Shown: piece after piece, positions 47,221 through 60,221 of the stretch
How the letters are laid out: the number at the start of each line of letters is the position of its first letter
Position numbering within the stretch: position 1 is the stretch's first letter
Assembly (NCBI GenBank): GCA_000146045.2
Contig: BK006948.2
Span: 960,001 to 1,024,000, forward strand
Reading direction: 5' to 3'
Source: TPA_inf: Saccharomyces
Lineage: Eukaryota
DNA length: 64,000 nucleotides
Program-made: the position numbers and the translations under genes
The notes under the pieces: generated by a model
Told to the model about the DNA's origin: nothing
Database searches by the model: none
What the model saw: the letters and a program-made list of their open reading frames with translations, nothing else

Positions 47221-49116
47221 ATGATTAAGTTCACTAACGAGAACTTAATTAGAGGGATCCGAATGACGATTTCCGCAAAATCTCGTCATTTGGCTCTAGG
47301 GACAGATATGACGAGAAAGTTTAGCTTGTCGTGTAGGTTTTTGAACAAAGCAAATCTTACTGAAGAAGAGAAAGAGTTGTTAAATGAACCAAGGGCGCGC
47401 GACTATGTGGATGTTTGTATAGTTGGAGGAGGGCCTGCGGGATTAGCAACAGCAATCAAATTAAAACAGTTAGACAATTCGTCAGGAACAGGCCAATTGC
47501 GTGTCGTTGTTCTTGAAAAATCCAGTGTATTGGGTGGACAAACTGTTTCCGGCGCTATATTGGAACCGGGAGTGTGGAAAGAACTATTCCCTGATGAAAA
47601 GTCTGACATTGGCATTCCGTTACCAAAGGAGTTAGCTACGTTGGTAACTAAAGAACATTTGAAATTTTTAAAGGGGAAATGGGCGATCAGCGTTCCAGAA
47701 CCATCTCAAATGATCAATAAAGGACGTAATTATATTGTCTCTTTGAACCAAGTCGTCGGATATTTAGGAGAAAAGGCAGAAGAAGTAGGAGTTGAAGTTT
47801 ACCCCGGAATAGCTGTCTCGGATCTCATATATGATGAAAACAACGCCGTTAAGGGTGTAATTACTAAAGATGCTGGTATTTCGAAGTCCGGTAAGCCTAA
47901 GGAAACCTTCGAACGTGGGATGGAATTTTGGGCTAGACAAACTGTATTAGCAGAGGGCTGTCATGGTTCCTTAACAAAACAAGCCTTGGCAAAATATGAT
48001 TTAAGAAAAGGCAGACAGCACCAAACTTATGGATTAGGTATTAAAGAAGTTTGGGAAGTCAAGCCGGAGAATTTTAACAAGGGATTTGCAGCTCATACCA
48101 TGGGGTACCCGTTGACAAATGATGTTTATGGCGGTGGTTTCCAGTACCATTTTGGTGATGGGCTGGTCACTGTGGGCCTTGTCGTGGGGTTAGATTATAA
48201 GAATCCCTATGTTTCACCTTACAAAGAGTTTCAAAAGATGAAACATCATCCATACTATTCAAAAGTTTTAGAAGGAGGTAAGTGTATCGCTTATGCTGCA
48301 AGAGCATTGAATGAAGGTGGACTGCAATCTGTACCCAAGTTGAATTTCCCTGGTGGTGTTTTGGTAGGGGCTAGCGCGGGTTTCATGAACGTTCCAAAGA
48401 TCAAGGGTACTCATACTGCGATGAAGAGTGGATTACTTGCCGCTGAAAGTATCTTTGAGTCCATAAAAGGGTTACCTGTCTTAGAAGAGGTTGAAGACGA
48501 AGACGCCAAAATGGCTATGTTTGATAAGGAGGCAACTATTAACTTGGAATCATATGAAAGTGCATTCAAAGAATCATCGATATATAAGGAACTATACGAA
48601 GTGCGTAATATTAGACCGTCCTTCAGCGGGAAACTTGGTGGATATGGTGGTATGATCTACTCTGGAATCGATTCTTTGATATTGAAGGGAAAAGTTCCGT
48701 GGACACTGAAATTTGATGAAAAAAATGACGGTGAAATTTTGGAACCTGCTTCCAAGTACAAACCGATAGAATACCCCAAGCCTGATGGTGTGATATCCTT
48801 TGATATATTGACCTCCGTGTCTAGAACCGGAACCTACCATGATGATGATGAACCATGTCACTTGAGGGTTCCTGGACAAGATATGGTAAAGTACGCCGAG
48901 AGAAGCTTTCCCGTTTGGAAAGGTGTTGAATCGAGGTTCTGCCCAGCAGGTGTCTACGAATTCGTCAAAGATGAAAAATCGCCTGTGGGTACGAGACTGC
49001 AAATCAATTCACAAAATTGTATCCATTGCAAGACCTGTGATATTAAGGCGCCCAGACAAGATATTACTTGGAAAGTACCCGAAGGTGGAGATGGACCAAA
49101 GTACACGCTAACTTAA
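47221..49116 (+). CDS. CIR2: Mitochondrial electron-transfer flavoprotein:ubiquinone oxidoreductase homolog, 631 aa
   Basis: FAD-binding Rossmann motif VCIVGGGPAGLATA. C-terminal 4Fe-4S ferredoxin-type cluster CPAGVYEF...CIHCKTCDIKAP. Confidence 0.9.
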   Translation: MIKFTNENLIRGIRMTISAKSRHLALGTDMTRKFSLSCRFLNKANLTEEEKELLNEPRARDYVDVCIVGGGPAGLATAIKLKQLDNSSGTGQLRVVVLEKSSVLGGQTVSGAILEPGVWKELFPDEKSDIGIPLPKELATLVTKEHLKFLKGKWAISVPEPSQMINKGRNYIVSLNQVVGYLGEKAEEVGVEVYPGIAVSDLIYDENNAVKGVITKDAGISKSGKPKETFERGMEFWARQTVLAEGCHGSLTKQALAKYDLRKGRQHQTYGLGIKEVWEVKPENFNKGFAAHTMGYPLTNDVYGGGFQYHFGDGLVTVGLVVGLDYKNPYVSPYKEFQKMKHHPYYSKVLEGGKCIAYAARALNEGGLQSVPKLNFPGGVLVGASAGFMNVPKIKGTHTAMKSGLLAAESIFESIKGLPVLEEVEDEDAKMAMFDKEATINLESYESAFKESSIYKELYEVRNIRPSFSGKLGGYGGMIYSGIDSLILKGKVPWTLKFDEKNDGEILEPASKYKPIEYPKPDGVISFDILTSVSRTGTYHDDDEPCHLRVPGQDMVKYAERSFPVWKGVESRFCPAGVYEFVKDEKSPVGTRLQINSQNCIHCKTCDIKAPRQDITWKVPEGGDGPKYTLT

Positions 49117-49223
49117 TCACAGGATTCATTATTTATTTAATTATTTTATTCATTATTTATTTAAATTTTTCTATTCATTCTTTTATATAATCTATATTAT
49201 TTATTCACGTAAAAGAGTTCTTT

Positions 49224-49712
49224 TCAGCCGACAAACTTTTCAGCTTCAATGAACCTCACGAGAACTTTAGAACCAGATTGTAAAAGCGGGTGCCCGGCTA
49301 CCGATTGCATCCAGGTATTCAAACCTTGTCTCCTCTCTTCAATGACTTCGTTACTAAATCTATTACTCAAGAGAATTTTACCCGGTAAATGAGGTACCAT
49401 GACTTTTGGGTGATTAAGCATAGAAATTTCCTTGATCAAGCATTTGCGGAAGAATTCAAAGTCTGAGTATCGTCTCCTTACTTTCGATACCCTCTTGTGA
49501 AAACTTGGCAAGTTTGTACGGCATATTATTTCGTAATCTGTAAACATCCCCTTCGAATCCATCCCATTTGGTATATGAGTTTTAGGGTTGTGCACCTCAA
49601 TCTCTAAAAAGTTCTCAGGCTCAGCGTATATTTCGCTGTAACTAGGCTCTCCATGTCCTTTTGACAGCAAAGACTTTTCTGTAGACCCAAAGGATTTGAA
49701 TTCTCTTGGCAT
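49224..49712 (-). CDS. SNX3: Sorting nexin 3 (PX-domain protein), 162 aa
   Basis: PX domain with the RRYSDFEFFR motif and the phosphoinositide-binding PxxP/K region. Length matches Snx3/Grd19. Confidence 0.92.
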   Translation of the reverse strand: MPREFKSFGSTEKSLLSKGHGEPSYSEIYAEPENFLEIEVHNPKTHIPNGMDSKGMFTDYEIICRTNLPSFHKRVSKVRRRYSDFEFFRKCLIKEISMLNHPKVMVPHLPGKILLSNRFSNEVIEERRQGLNTWMQSVAGHPLLQSGSKVLVRFIEAEKFVG

Positions 49713-50160
49713 ACTTTGTGTAGATGCGTACCGCTTCTCAGCTGTTCTTGCCGTCCTCTTTTATGCAGTATTAAGATCCGTTTTAATCCATTCATTCATT
49801 GCAGGTTTACATATCAATACATATCACTTAGTACGTGATAGTGCCCAAAGCTATCCTCGAGTTCACTTATGCAATTCTGAGCACCCCATAGCCAAGTCCT
49901 CATAGTAAATCATGGTCCCTCCTAGCGCAATACTTACTAGAGTGTAGAAATCCCGAAATGTCAAAATCGAAGAGTGTTGTGCTCCCTTTTCCGTAGTTAA
50001 ACTTAAATTTGCGTGGGACGGCTCCCTTAAGATTGCTTCCGGAGATTAAGCTTCCTTAGCTGCTATAATACCGCGTAAGCAAAGAAGAAGAATAGAGGGG
50101 AATAGGAGATAATGTAAGAGTTGTGACGCATTTGCAGCATCAGGATTGTTTACTCGCATA

Positions 50161-50889
50161 ATGACTGATAGGAATTTCTCACCACAACAAGGACAAGGAC
50201 CTCAAGAATCGCTCCCGGAGGGACCGCAACCCAGTACGATGATTCAGAGAGAGGAAATGAATATGCCAAGGCAATATTCAGAACAGCAACAACTGCAAGA
50301 AAACGAAGGGGAAGGGGAAAATACGAGGCTACCTGTTTCTGAGGAAGAGTTCCGGATGGTACAGGAGTTGCAAGCTATCCAGGCGGGCCATGACCAAGCT
50401 AATCTACCGCCAAGTGGTCGAGGATCGCTTGAAGGCGAAGATAATGGAAACAGCGACGGCGCAGACGGAGAAATGGACGAGGACGATGAAGAGTATGATG
50501 TGTTTAGGAACGTTGGTCAGGGATTGGTGGGCCACTACAAGGAGATAATGATCCGTTATTGGCAAGAATTAATCAACGAGATCGAGTCTACGAATGAACC
50601 TGGTTCCGAGCATCAAGATGACTTCAAATCACATTCCTTACCATTTGCGAGAATCCGCAAGGTCATGAAGACGGATGAAGATGTCAAGATGATTAGTGCA
50701 GAGGCCCCCATCATTTTCGCCAAAGCCTGTGAGATCTTTATTACAGAACTGACTATGAGAGCTTGGTGCGTGGCAGAAAGGAATAAAAGACGAACTTTGC
50801 AGAAGGCAGATATCGCAGAGGCCCTGCAAAAGAGTGACATGTTTGACTTTCTCATCGATGTTGTGCCTAGAAGACCTCTTCCACAATGA
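50161..50889 (+). CDS. HAP5: CCAAT-binding complex subunit Hap5 (NF-YC histone fold), 242 aa (the ORF track starts 5 codons earlier at 50146)
   Basis: Histone-fold core [63 protein letters not shown]. Confidence 0.92.
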   Translation: MTDRNFSPQQGQGPQESLPEGPQPSTMIQREEMNMPRQYSEQQQLQENEGEGENTRLPVSEEEFRMVQELQAIQAGHDQANLPPSGRGSLEGEDNGNSDGADGEMDEDDEEYDVFRNVGQGLVGHYKEIMIRYWQELINEIESTNEPGSEHQDDFKSHSLPFARIRKVMKTDEDVKMISAEAPIIFAKACEIFITELTMRAWCVAERNKRRTLQKADIAEALQKSDMFDFLIDVVPRRPLPQ

Positions 50890-51188
50890 GAGAGTTAATG
50901 GTTATACAGCTGCCATTTGACCGTGCACCACAGCAAATTATCTGTTGGAAAAAGAAAAAACGCAAATTTTTTTCATTATTTTTTTCCAGAATAAGTTTGG
51001 TAGCAAATTGGCGATGAGATATCTAACAACGACTACTACTACTACCATAGGATTGTCTCGAATACATTGTGTTTTGCAGTCACACTGGTACTTCGTCCCT
51101 TGGGCAATCTAGATCACTGTATATACTATAGATATTGTTTTCAGAAGAGAAAAACTGTTCATATAAAGTAATTGTCAGCAAAGAAATC

Positions 51189-51456
51189 ATGAAACATCCG
51201 TATGAGGAATTCCCCACAGGTTCCAAGTCACCATATAACATGTCTAGAGGAGCTCATCCAGGCGCCGTTTTGCTATCACCACAATCTTCTGCCATAAACA
51301 AGAACAATCCGGGCAGCAATTCTGGCAATAACCAGGGCAATTCATCCGTGACCGCGAATGTTTTGTCCCCTCAATCCCATAGTATGTCACTCAATGACAT
51401 GCTTGATCAGCAATCCTTTATGCTAGACACTGCGGGAACCAGGGCTCAGCCGCTCC

Positions 51457-51492
<36 letters not shown>

Positions 51493-52760
51493 CGTCGTTG
51501 CCTTCCCTTAATATTCAAACAGTTTCGTCTACAGCAGCTGGTTCTGCTATCGTTTCCCCCATGATGCAATCTCCAAAGGCGTTGCAATCTACTTTATCTT
51601 CAACATCTATGTATTTGGATTCATTTCAGAGATCTCCAAATAATATTTTGGGTATTCCATCGCAGAGTGGTTCAATTCCTTTGCCGCAATCCCGTCAATC
51701 GCAACAACAGTCTCAATCCCAAAAAAACGATCCGAACATGGGCACCAATTTCAGCCAAGACATCAACCAATTATGTTCTTGGATATCCATGCTGAACAGC
51801 AGCCAACAAAATACTGTAATGGACAATATCCTTTCCATTTTGAATGATGATGTTTTGAAATATACTAAGTTAAAAATAGAGACTTTGACAAACACTCCCT
51901 TCATCTCCCCACCGCTACCTGCAATTGCATCACCTATACCTAATAGGGATGACACACAAATTTTGAATATTGATTCAGTCTTTTCTTCAAGTCCTATAAC
52001 TAATGACCCTGAAAATACCGATAACTTGTTGTATCAAAATTGGTCCCCTCAGCCACATTCAATACCAATTAGCCAACCCATATATGACAACATCACCGAC
52101 GCTAGTCAAAGGTCCAAGTCGGCTGAGCCTCATGTTAATTCAAGCCCAAATCTCATTCCTGTCCAGAAACAATTCAACAACGGTAACAGTACCAAATATA
52201 AAAAGTTGCCATCAGAGAATCCCAACTATCTTTCTCACTCTCTCTCAAGTTCCCATTCTTTTTTCCAACCAAAGAAAAGGTCTAACATGGGAAATGAGTA
52301 CAATTCTCATCACCATCATTCATTGCATCATCCTCTGCATAATACCACCTCATATTTTTCGAATACTTCAAGACCATCAGGAACTGATTTGAATAAGTCC
52401 AACCAGAACGTGTTCAATAATACCATTACGCATCCTAATGCTGGTCCTACAAGTGCCACATCGACATCTACATCATCTAACGGAAACACTCCTTTATCGA
52501 GTAACTCTTCGATGAATCCAAAGAGTTTGACAGACCCCAAGCTACTAAAAAATATACCCATGTGGTTAAAATCGTTAAGACTACACAAGTATTCAGATGC
52601 CTTAAGCGGAACCCCGTGGATCGAATTGATTTACTTAGATGACGAGACTTTAGAAAAAAAAGGCGTTCTTGCCTTGGGTGCAAGGAGAAAATTGTTGAAG
52701 GCTTTTGGAATCGTTATTGATTACAAAGAACGTGATTTAATTGATAGATCTGCTTATTAA
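51189..52760 (+). CDS. VTS1: SAM-domain RNA-binding post-transcriptional regulator Vts1, 523 aa (the ORF track extends it by 18 codons to 51135)
   Basis: C-terminal SAM domain (PMWLKSLRLHKYSDALSGTPWIELIYLDDETLEKKGVLALGARRKLLKAF). polyQ tract around aa 98-115. Confidence 0.9.
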
Positions 52761-53240
52761 ATCTGGCATAATAAAGTTGATTGTCTTGACGTTGCATAAA
52801 GATTTAATTTTTATTTACTTTGCATATACCAACACAGGGAACATATTTCATTTATTTTGTAATTTTAACGTTTTCTTTTATGGAGTTTAATATTTTAGAT
52901 TACACCTGTTTTTGCACCGTTTAATGGCATAAAACTATTTACTTAACTTTTAACTCGGGAAATATGTATCACTATACTAAAAAACATTAATTTAATCAAA
53001 GAAAAATAAATTTAATGTATGTATCTATATATATATATATATATCACTTAAAACAGACAATAGCCATAATCAACTGGGTTATTATTATACAATATTAAAG
53101 GAAGAACGCATATTTGAAAAAAAAATAAAATGGGTAATGAATTTTAGCACAAATACTTCACAAAAGGAAATATACTAGTAGTAAATGTATATATTTATAT
53201 GTTTATACAATGAATGGTACAAGAAATTTTGATATTCTTG

Positions 53241-54821
53241 CTATTGTGGTTTCTTGTGTTTCATCCAGTATTCTTTATTGATTTTGACATTATCGCTTAA
53301 AAATTTTAATCCTGAGAATTTTTGACTTAATGCGTTGAAAAATACTTCAGCAAACGTATTAATGAAAAATATTTGACCGTTTGGAATATGCGGATGGTCT
53401 TTGATAATATCATCAGGGTCTGTTACGTTCACCAAAATATTTTGAATTGATTCCAAATCTTCTTTCGGAGAATCAACATTCTTGTATGAATCGCCAAAAC
53501 AGTCTTGTTCTGGGCGGTGAGCTTTATGAAATGTTTCCAAAAGAGCGCAATCATTAAATTCGAGAGTAATGAGGTATGCCCAACGTGCTGATATTGACAA
53601 GGTTCTCGTCACATTAGAGATGTCTGCAGCTTTAATAATTAGAGATATCAAAGTGATTTGTTTCATTGGGTTTTCATGCATTAATCTATCCTCATACTGA
53701 GAATGCAATGCCATATCTGTGGCCAGAATAGCCTCGGAAATAAAATCAAATTTTTTTTTGGAGATAGATAGCAATTGAGGCCAATGCTCTGATAGCAATT
53801 GTTGAAATAATTCCCTGTGAAAATTCTCCAAGATAGAGACATTTTTGAAATTTTGAGCAACCTCTGATTCACAGTTGCACAATAGTTGATTGTTAGTCCC
53901 AGGATGACCGACATCATGACCTATGGCAGCCATACACAACAGTAATGTTTGTACAGGATTATCTTTAAGAAGATATGTACACAATCGCCATGTGGCTTGC
54001 ATGACATCGATGGCATGCCTAAAATTGTGAAATTTGTTAACTTGATGATAGGATGATTCTAAAGTAAATAGTAGTAGCAGTAACTTATTATCTGCAATGA
54101 GTACTTTTGCATCCTTAGATAACTTTTTGATAAGCGTGAACCCGCACCAAATCAATTCTTGAGTGCTTAATGATAAAGCACAAAAGTCCCAAGTTGATAG
54201 AATGTTCCAATAATGTGATCCCTCTTGAGAAATTTTTTCTATTGGATCTGACAAAAAAGACATAAACTCGATGTTGCGAATTAGCCTTGGCACTGATGCC
54301 TTTCGTAAATGTTGTGCCTTGGAATCATTCAAATGCAATAATAAAGTGTAAATGTTTGCTTCACATGCTTGAGTGGGGACAGAATTCCCATTTACAGTAC
54401 CATAGCTGTTTTTGTTAATACCGTCTGGAGTATCATCATGATGGTGATACATCCAGTGGTTAATTCTCGTTATTCTATTACGACAGATGCTATTTTCACG
54501 CTCAACACATTCAAGACGTTGCAGGTTTTCCTCTCGTGTATGATCTATCGCAGAAATATTGAAAGATGGGAAAAATCGCTTGAATAGAACATCCAATTGT
54601 CGCACAGATAATTGAAATTTTGAAGGGTCATAAAGAACTATAGATACGCCCGTTTCAAAGTTATGGACGTTTGGAAAAGGCGAAACTCTGTCCTTATACA
54701 ATGCTACCATCAGAGAATCCAAATCTTGAAGCTCAATCACTCTATCAAAATAGTGTTCATTCTGTACAATTGTTTGAGATTTCTCAATCTCGTGTATTCC
54801 AATCAGAAAAAGGGTGGACAT
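53241..54821 (-). CDS. PDE2: High-affinity cAMP phosphodiesterase (class I, HD domain), 526 aa
   Basis: HD/PDEase catalytic motifs HNFRHAIDV and GHDVGHPGTNN. Confidence 0.92.
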   Translation of the reverse strand: MSTLFLIGIHEIEKSQTIVQNEHYFDRVIELQDLDSLMVALYKDRVSPFPNVHNFETGVSIVLYDPSKFQLSVRQLDVLFKRFFPSFNISAIDHTREENLQRLECVERENSICRNRITRINHWMYHHHDDTPDGINKNSYGTVNGNSVPTQACEANIYTLLLHLNDSKAQHLRKASVPRLIRNIEFMSFLSDPIEKISQEGSHYWNILSTWDFCALSLSTQELIWCGFTLIKKLSKDAKVLIADNKLLLLLFTLESSYHQVNKFHNFRHAIDVMQATWRLCTYLLKDNPVQTLLLCMAAIGHDVGHPGTNNQLLCNCESEVAQNFKNVSILENFHRELFQQLLSEHWPQLLSISKKKFDFISEAILATDMALHSQYEDRLMHENPMKQITLISLIIKAADISNVTRTLSISARWAYLITLEFNDCALLETFHKAHRPEQDCFGDSYKNVDSPKEDLESIQNILVNVTDPDDIIKDHPHIPNGQIFFINTFAEVFFNALSQKFSGLKFLSDNVKINKEYWMKHKKPQ

Positions 54822-55360
54822 ATCAATAGGTTATGTTTTCTTCAATTAAGTAGTAGTGATCTCAAAAAGAATGTCTGGATACTCTAATTAGTGGCTAATA
54901 AAGCGTCAGTGCAAAAGATAAAGAGGGACAACAAAATAATTTAAAAGAAAAACGCAAAATAGTCGGTAACTCGTGCTAAAACCAGTAACGACAGCTAATA
55001 TCAGGAAGATCCCACTTTATCTCAAATTTGCGCTTTTTAGTCCAATCTCTCACAGTGACTATAGTTTTCAATTTGCAAGTATATTCTCTCTAAGCCAATT
55101 TTTCTTCTTTATAATGCCTAAAACAAAAAGAAAAGAGGAAAAATTGTGCCCAGTAAAAAGAAATTCTCGGAGAACAAAAAAAGAAAAGTGCAACTAGAAA
55201 AGGACGCAGGACCCTTTTATAATTTTGTACGAGGAGAGCGACCCCTGCAGATTACAAAGATAATAGAGCCTATTGTAGTATTTATGAATATTAGACTAAT
55301 TCTCATACTTATACTAGATATTGTTGTTAGTTTACATACAAGCCCGTAAGTTCATGAAAT

Positions 55361-57652
55361 TTATTCGACCTTTTCCTTTGTTTCTTCCAAAACTTCTTCA
55401 ACTATCTCTTCGATGGTGGTAAAGTCATCGCTGGCATCTTCTGGTTGAACGTCAAAGATTTTGAAATTCATAGATTTTTCCATTTCTTGGCCAATTTTTT
55501 CTCTATATTCGGTCCATTGCTTCAATAATTCACGTTGGTGTAGAATCAAATCTCTCATGGCGGTGTCAGCTTCCATTGCATCTTGCTCTTCGAATTGGGC
55601 AGACCATTCCCTCAAGTTTTTCCTAACCTTTTTCCTTTCGGCGTTAGACAAAATGGAAGCTGGCCTTGGTCTCCAGGCAAAGTTCTTGAAGCCAGCAATG
55701 ATGTCTTCTTTAACTAAGTTACCAGCAATATTGAAAATTTTGTAACCATGCTCCACCTTGTGTTTCAAAGAACTTGACCATGCGGTAACGTATCTACCAG
55801 ATGGATCCCAAGTGATATTAGTAGCCGCAGAGTAGGTAGGATGAGCAACATCTTTCAAAGAAGCTGAAACATCATTATTGTCATTAATATTCTTTTCACC
55901 TGGATAGTCCATATCGTAAAATTGTAGGTCTGATCTACGCATGTTTGGACCCACTAAAGCACCTACAACCACAAATCTACCCGCTGGAGACCAAGAAACA
56001 GTGTTGGCAAAAGTTTTTGGAATTTCTTTGACCAAGCTCCATCTTTTAATTACGTCAGTCTTTTCTTTAGTTTCTGGAGCGTAAAATCTGATTGTATTTG
56101 CTGGGATAGCATAATTCATATCAGCTACTTCATGAACAGAAATTGTAACAAATCTATTTCCGTGGGGTTCCCAACCGAATTCAAAGACACTATCTTTCAA
56201 TTCAACCTTTTCAACTGGTATATCTCTTTCAGTCAACCTACAAATTTGTAGATTACTGAATTGAGTCTTACCAGACTTTGTGTGACGTTCGACATTGAAG
56301 CACAGGAACTCAGCTTGGTTTTGCCAGTGCAGAGTTACGTTGGAGACTTGAACTAAGTTAACGGTTTTTAGCACTCTACCGCGAGGAACTTCAGCAATGG
56401 TAGCAGTACAAGCGGAATTATTAGTCTCAGGAGTCCAATAAGCCAATAAAACAGAAGGCTCGTCACCGTTTCTGAATGGTTGTAATTTAACACCTTCTGG
56501 AGCAAATGAGAAATCTCTAATACCAGAAGGCTTCAAAGCCTTAGCTTCTAATGGCATGAAGTTTTTAGTAGCATCGTGAACTATTAAACTGTCTCCAACC
56601 ATACGAGCACAATATTTATCATTATAAGACCATCTAACTAAAGGCCATTTCAGATATGGGCTCTTTATCACTGGGAAAGTTGCCATCAACAGACCAGAAG
56701 CAATGTCCCAGATGCATAATTGATGACCCTCATTTTTCTTGGTAAATGGAGAGAATTCGTTATCTTCTTCTACAATGATTGGTTCCGTGGAGAAAGTGAC
56801 CAGGTACTTTTCATTCGGAGAGACGGAAGAGTTTCTTACATCTGGATGATAGAATCTTCTCAAACGATCGAAGTTTGGACCACCCCATGCAGTTACACCC
56901 TGTTGATGGTAAGAAAACAAATAGGTACCCTTTGGGGAGAATCTAACATAATTGGTAGACCAGTTCTCTCTAGATTCCACCAAAGAATCTTCTTCATTGA
57001 ACATAGAGTTCCAGAACACACTAGTCTTCACGTCATCTTGTAATACAAACTGATCTCTCACTTTGTCGTCCATTAACCAGGATTTTAAGGAACTAGATGG
57101 AACGAATGTAGGCATATCAGGCTCCCTGAATTCGGTGTCAAAGTCGTCAGAATTATATCTTTCAACATCTTTCATAGTATAAAGAAACAAACGATGTTTT
57201 AAATCCAGTCTTTTACCGTGGAAACTCTTGATAATTTTTTTAGCATCGTTCATTGAGCCACATTCCACGAAGAGAAAACCTTTCGTCTTACCAGTGGCTT
57301 CATCAATTGGAAATTCCATGTTAACAACTTTACCAGCTTTGGAAAACAAAGAAGTCAAAGCCTTTTTCAAAACAGGAACTTTGGCGGATGGGATGACTGG
57401 GGCACCATTAACGACGATGTACTGATCGAAATTGAATTCTTCAGTGACCTTGTATTGTTCTTCCAGGTCGGAAAAATCAATGTCGTCAACAGGGATGTCC
57501 TCTAGCTTAATGTCTTCGAAAGTCTCGGTAGTCATTTGAATTATCTTTGACCTTTTGAGCTGTGTGTTGCGAGATACTATACTATGTACTGAGATGTTAT
57601 TGAAATATAATTCGTAAATATTTTTCAATGTGCGTGGAAGAAAATTTTTCAT
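55361..57652 (-). CDS. PRT1: Translation initiation factor eIF3 subunit b, 763 aa (the ORF track extends it by 6 codons to 57670)
   Basis: N-terminal RRM ([36 protein letters not shown]) followed by a WD40 beta-propeller region. Confidence 0.92.
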   Translation of the reverse strand: MKNFLPRTLKNIYELYFNNISVHSIVSRNTQLKRSKIIQMTTETFEDIKLEDIPVDDIDFSDLEEQYKVTEEFNFDQYIVVNGAPVIPSAKVPVLKKALTSLFSKAGKVVNMEFPIDEATGKTKGFLFVECGSMNDAKKIIKSFHGKRLDLKHRLFLYTMKDVERYNSDDFDTEFREPDMPTFVPSSSLKSWLMDDKVRDQFVLQDDVKTSVFWNSMFNEEDSLVESRENWSTNYVRFSPKGTYLFSYHQQGVTAWGGPNFDRLRRFYHPDVRNSSVSPNEKYLVTFSTEPIIVEEDNEFSPFTKKNEGHQLCIWDIASGLLMATFPVIKSPYLKWPLVRWSYNDKYCARMVGDSLIVHDATKNFMPLEAKALKPSGIRDFSFAPEGVKLQPFRNGDEPSVLLAYWTPETNNSACTATIAEVPRGRVLKTVNLVQVSNVTLHWQNQAEFLCFNVERHTKSGKTQFSNLQICRLTERDIPVEKVELKDSVFEFGWEPHGNRFVTISVHEVADMNYAIPANTIRFYAPETKEKTDVIKRWSLVKEIPKTFANTVSWSPAGRFVVVGALVGPNMRRSDLQFYDMDYPGEKNINDNNDVSASLKDVAHPTYSAATNITWDPSGRYVTAWSSSLKHKVEHGYKIFNIAGNLVKEDIIAGFKNFAWRPRPASILSNAERKKVRKNLREWSAQFEEQDAMEADTAMRDLILHQRELLKQWTEYREKIGQEMEKSMNFKIFDVQPEDASDDFTTIEEIVEEVLEETKEKVE

Positions 57653-57879
57653 TAGTTTCCCGCTATCCAAAATATGGAAAGGAGGGTAATAGGTGTCAGA
57701 AGAATAAAAGTATTAGGCGATCAAGTAATAATGATAAGATGGTGCACAATGAGAAGTTTATCTAGTTACGTAAAATGTAATGGAAGGTACTAAAATGTAT
57801 TTTTTGTTTCGCGGCGTTACACGTGAGTTCATATTATTTCAACTCTTTGGTTCTTCTTAACGTATTATCAGAATGTCAC

Positions 57880-58746
57880 CTATTCTAGGTGAATATCACC
57901 CTCTTGGTCAGTGGTAGCGTTTGCATTCGTAGCCACTGGAGCATTTTCATCATCACTGGACATGACGTTATCACTGTCATCTTCGTCCTCGTCATCATCG
58001 CCGTTAATTTCTTTTTGGGCAAAATCGATAGCTTCCTGTAGCAGATCGCCCTTAACGAACTTGTGCAGACCATTCGTTTCCGACAGTGAACACCAACTTA
58101 TTTCCAATTCAAAATCCTTTTCCTTGTTATCCTCGTGTGCCAAATAGATAATCTTTGCAGCTTGTTTAACGGCCTCTCTTGCTGAAAGACCTTCTGGATG
58201 ATGGTCAACTAATTTTTCCAATTCAGCCTTCGCAGATTGCCTACCTTTCCCAGTGGCAGCCCCCTTGTAGCCCCAATAAGAGCCACTTGGTTCCAACATG
58301 TAAAGATGAGCACCATTTTTATCTACACCACCAAAGATGGTACTGACCCCGAACGGTCTAACACTGTTGTATAAAGTGTGCGCCTGCACATATTGTCCTA
58401 AACGGTCTGCAAATGCAGGAATGGGAATGGGCGTTTTATACAGCTTTTTGAAGCTGGCGGCTTCTTCACGACCACGATTAACCAGGTGCCTACCATCAGG
58501 AATCAAACCTGAATAAACGCAACCGATGTGACGGTCTACGACTTGAATCTTGACATTTTTTTGTGGGACCAGCAGTTTAGACGTAATGAGCTTTTCCACT
58601 GCAAAGACTACACCGTCGTTACACTTTATACCGATTGATGTGGTACCGTTTTCGACTGCTTTGACGGCATACTCTACTTGGAAATTTCTACCATCGGGGG
58701 AAAAAACACTATTGGAAAGATCGTAACCAGTACCAATTGATGTCAT
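57880..58746 (-). CDS. PRE10: 20S proteasome alpha-7 subunit, 288 aa
   Basis: Proteasome alpha-type signature YDLSNSVFSPDGRNFQVEYA near the N-terminus. Acidic C-terminal tail. Confidence 0.93.
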   Translation of the reverse strand: MTSIGTGYDLSNSVFSPDGRNFQVEYAVKAVENGTTSIGIKCNDGVVFAVEKLITSKLLVPQKNVKIQVVDRHIGCVYSGLIPDGRHLVNRGREEAASFKKLYKTPIPIPAFADRLGQYVQAHTLYNSVRPFGVSTIFGGVDKNGAHLYMLEPSGSYWGYKGAATGKGRQSAKAELEKLVDHHPEGLSAREAVKQAAKIIYLAHEDNKEKDFELEISWCSLSETNGLHKFVKGDLLQEAIDFAQKEINGDDDEDEDDSDNVMSSDDENAPVATNANATTDQEGDIHLE

Positions 58747-58865
58747 TGCTGAAGAGTTATGCTTTTGTTAATTTGATGATGCGACGCTCGAATGTGTTTG
58801 AAAGCTTTACAACTGCACTACCAAATAAACCCTCTACCGCCACTATTACCACTTACTTTCTTATT

Positions 58866-58874
58866 TTTGCCACC
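58866..58874 (-). promoter_or_regulatory. PACE (Rpn4-binding) element GGTGGCAAA about 120 bp upstream of PRE10
   Basis: Plus strand reads tttgccacc, whose reverse complement ggtggcaaa is the exact proteasome-associated control element. Confidence 0.65.
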
Positions 58875-60221
58875 GATTTAGAGGGGCGGCGAAATCTTCG
58901 TTAAACGTGATTTAGCTATCGGAACCCATTATAAATTGTGAGGAAGCTTACCAACTCATAAGTGGAATAAAGACACAGGCAACACTTTTCAGAAGCAATG
59001 TCAGCAATGATTCAGAAAAGTGACCCCATCAGGGTCGAAATCTGAGTGCTCAGATTATCTCTTCAAAGGGTAAATTACGGGTAGGACTACATATACAGAG
59101 AACTTCTGGGACCTGGGAAATACTGTTCTTTCTAGTGTGTATACATGGGAATAGCTGCATATTTCCAGACAGTTTAGATGTTACCTTTGTTTAAAGTTAG
59201 AGTATTTTTCACACCGATGATTACGAAGTCACACATTCGCATCCTGCGGTATTGTCATTGACAACGCGTAAAAAAACATATACTTAACGGAGGCCGAAGG
59301 AGATGAGAAACAATTGAAGAAAAGGAAAGGTAATATTTATTTAAATAGTCGTTTTCAAACCAAAGCCCAGCAATATTTTTCATCACGTCTAATTGGCAGG
59401 GAAAATAGTAGTACGAATACTTGATAGGATTGCAGAAGATCTTGTACATAAATGGCCTATTATAGAGAGTCACGCTGAACACGCGGCGGTAGCTTCAAAT
59501 CTTTCTCTGCATTAAGTTGCTAGAGCTTGGTCTGCCCATTATATGTTCACTACCATCAGAAATTGTGCCTATGATTGTCTATCTTCACTTTTTTTTTTTT
59601 TTTGAACTTCCAAGCTGGTCGTGCTGCTATATTTATTTATACGTGTGATTTCGTCTTGCTAACATTAACATTTTTCTTCTTAAAACACACAACGGCGAAA
59701 TGATTCGTATCACATGTTTTTCTATCGTCTGAGCTGTCAATGTTTTATAACCTAGACATTAAAAGTTATATAATTAAGGTGGGTTCGTCTTTGGAGGAGG
59801 TGCTTCCTTCTTGTTTAGGACTTTCATACTGGTAATGCTTTATAAGCACGGCCGTTGTTTTAGTTTCAGATCTTCCTATTGTAAATGGAATAAACTGGCG
59901 TTCCTACCGTGATGGCAGCGATATTACCTACCTTATATACTGCGCTTTTAACTTATGTATAATATATATATTAAATAAAATACAAAACAAAGTCTTGAAT
60001 TTCTTTTCTATCTCTGCAATAGTTGACATTATTTCCAGTCCCAATTCAATGCGCTATCAAAAGGCACCATAATTTACAGTATATTATTTGAGCCATATCT
60101 AAGCGGAAAGCTCACAAGTTCTTGTCATGATACAACCTGATAGAATAACTATGTCGACACTCTACCGTATTAGGCGCAATGAAGTGGCCGTATACATCTC
60201 AGGAAAACTGGAAAAGACTTC

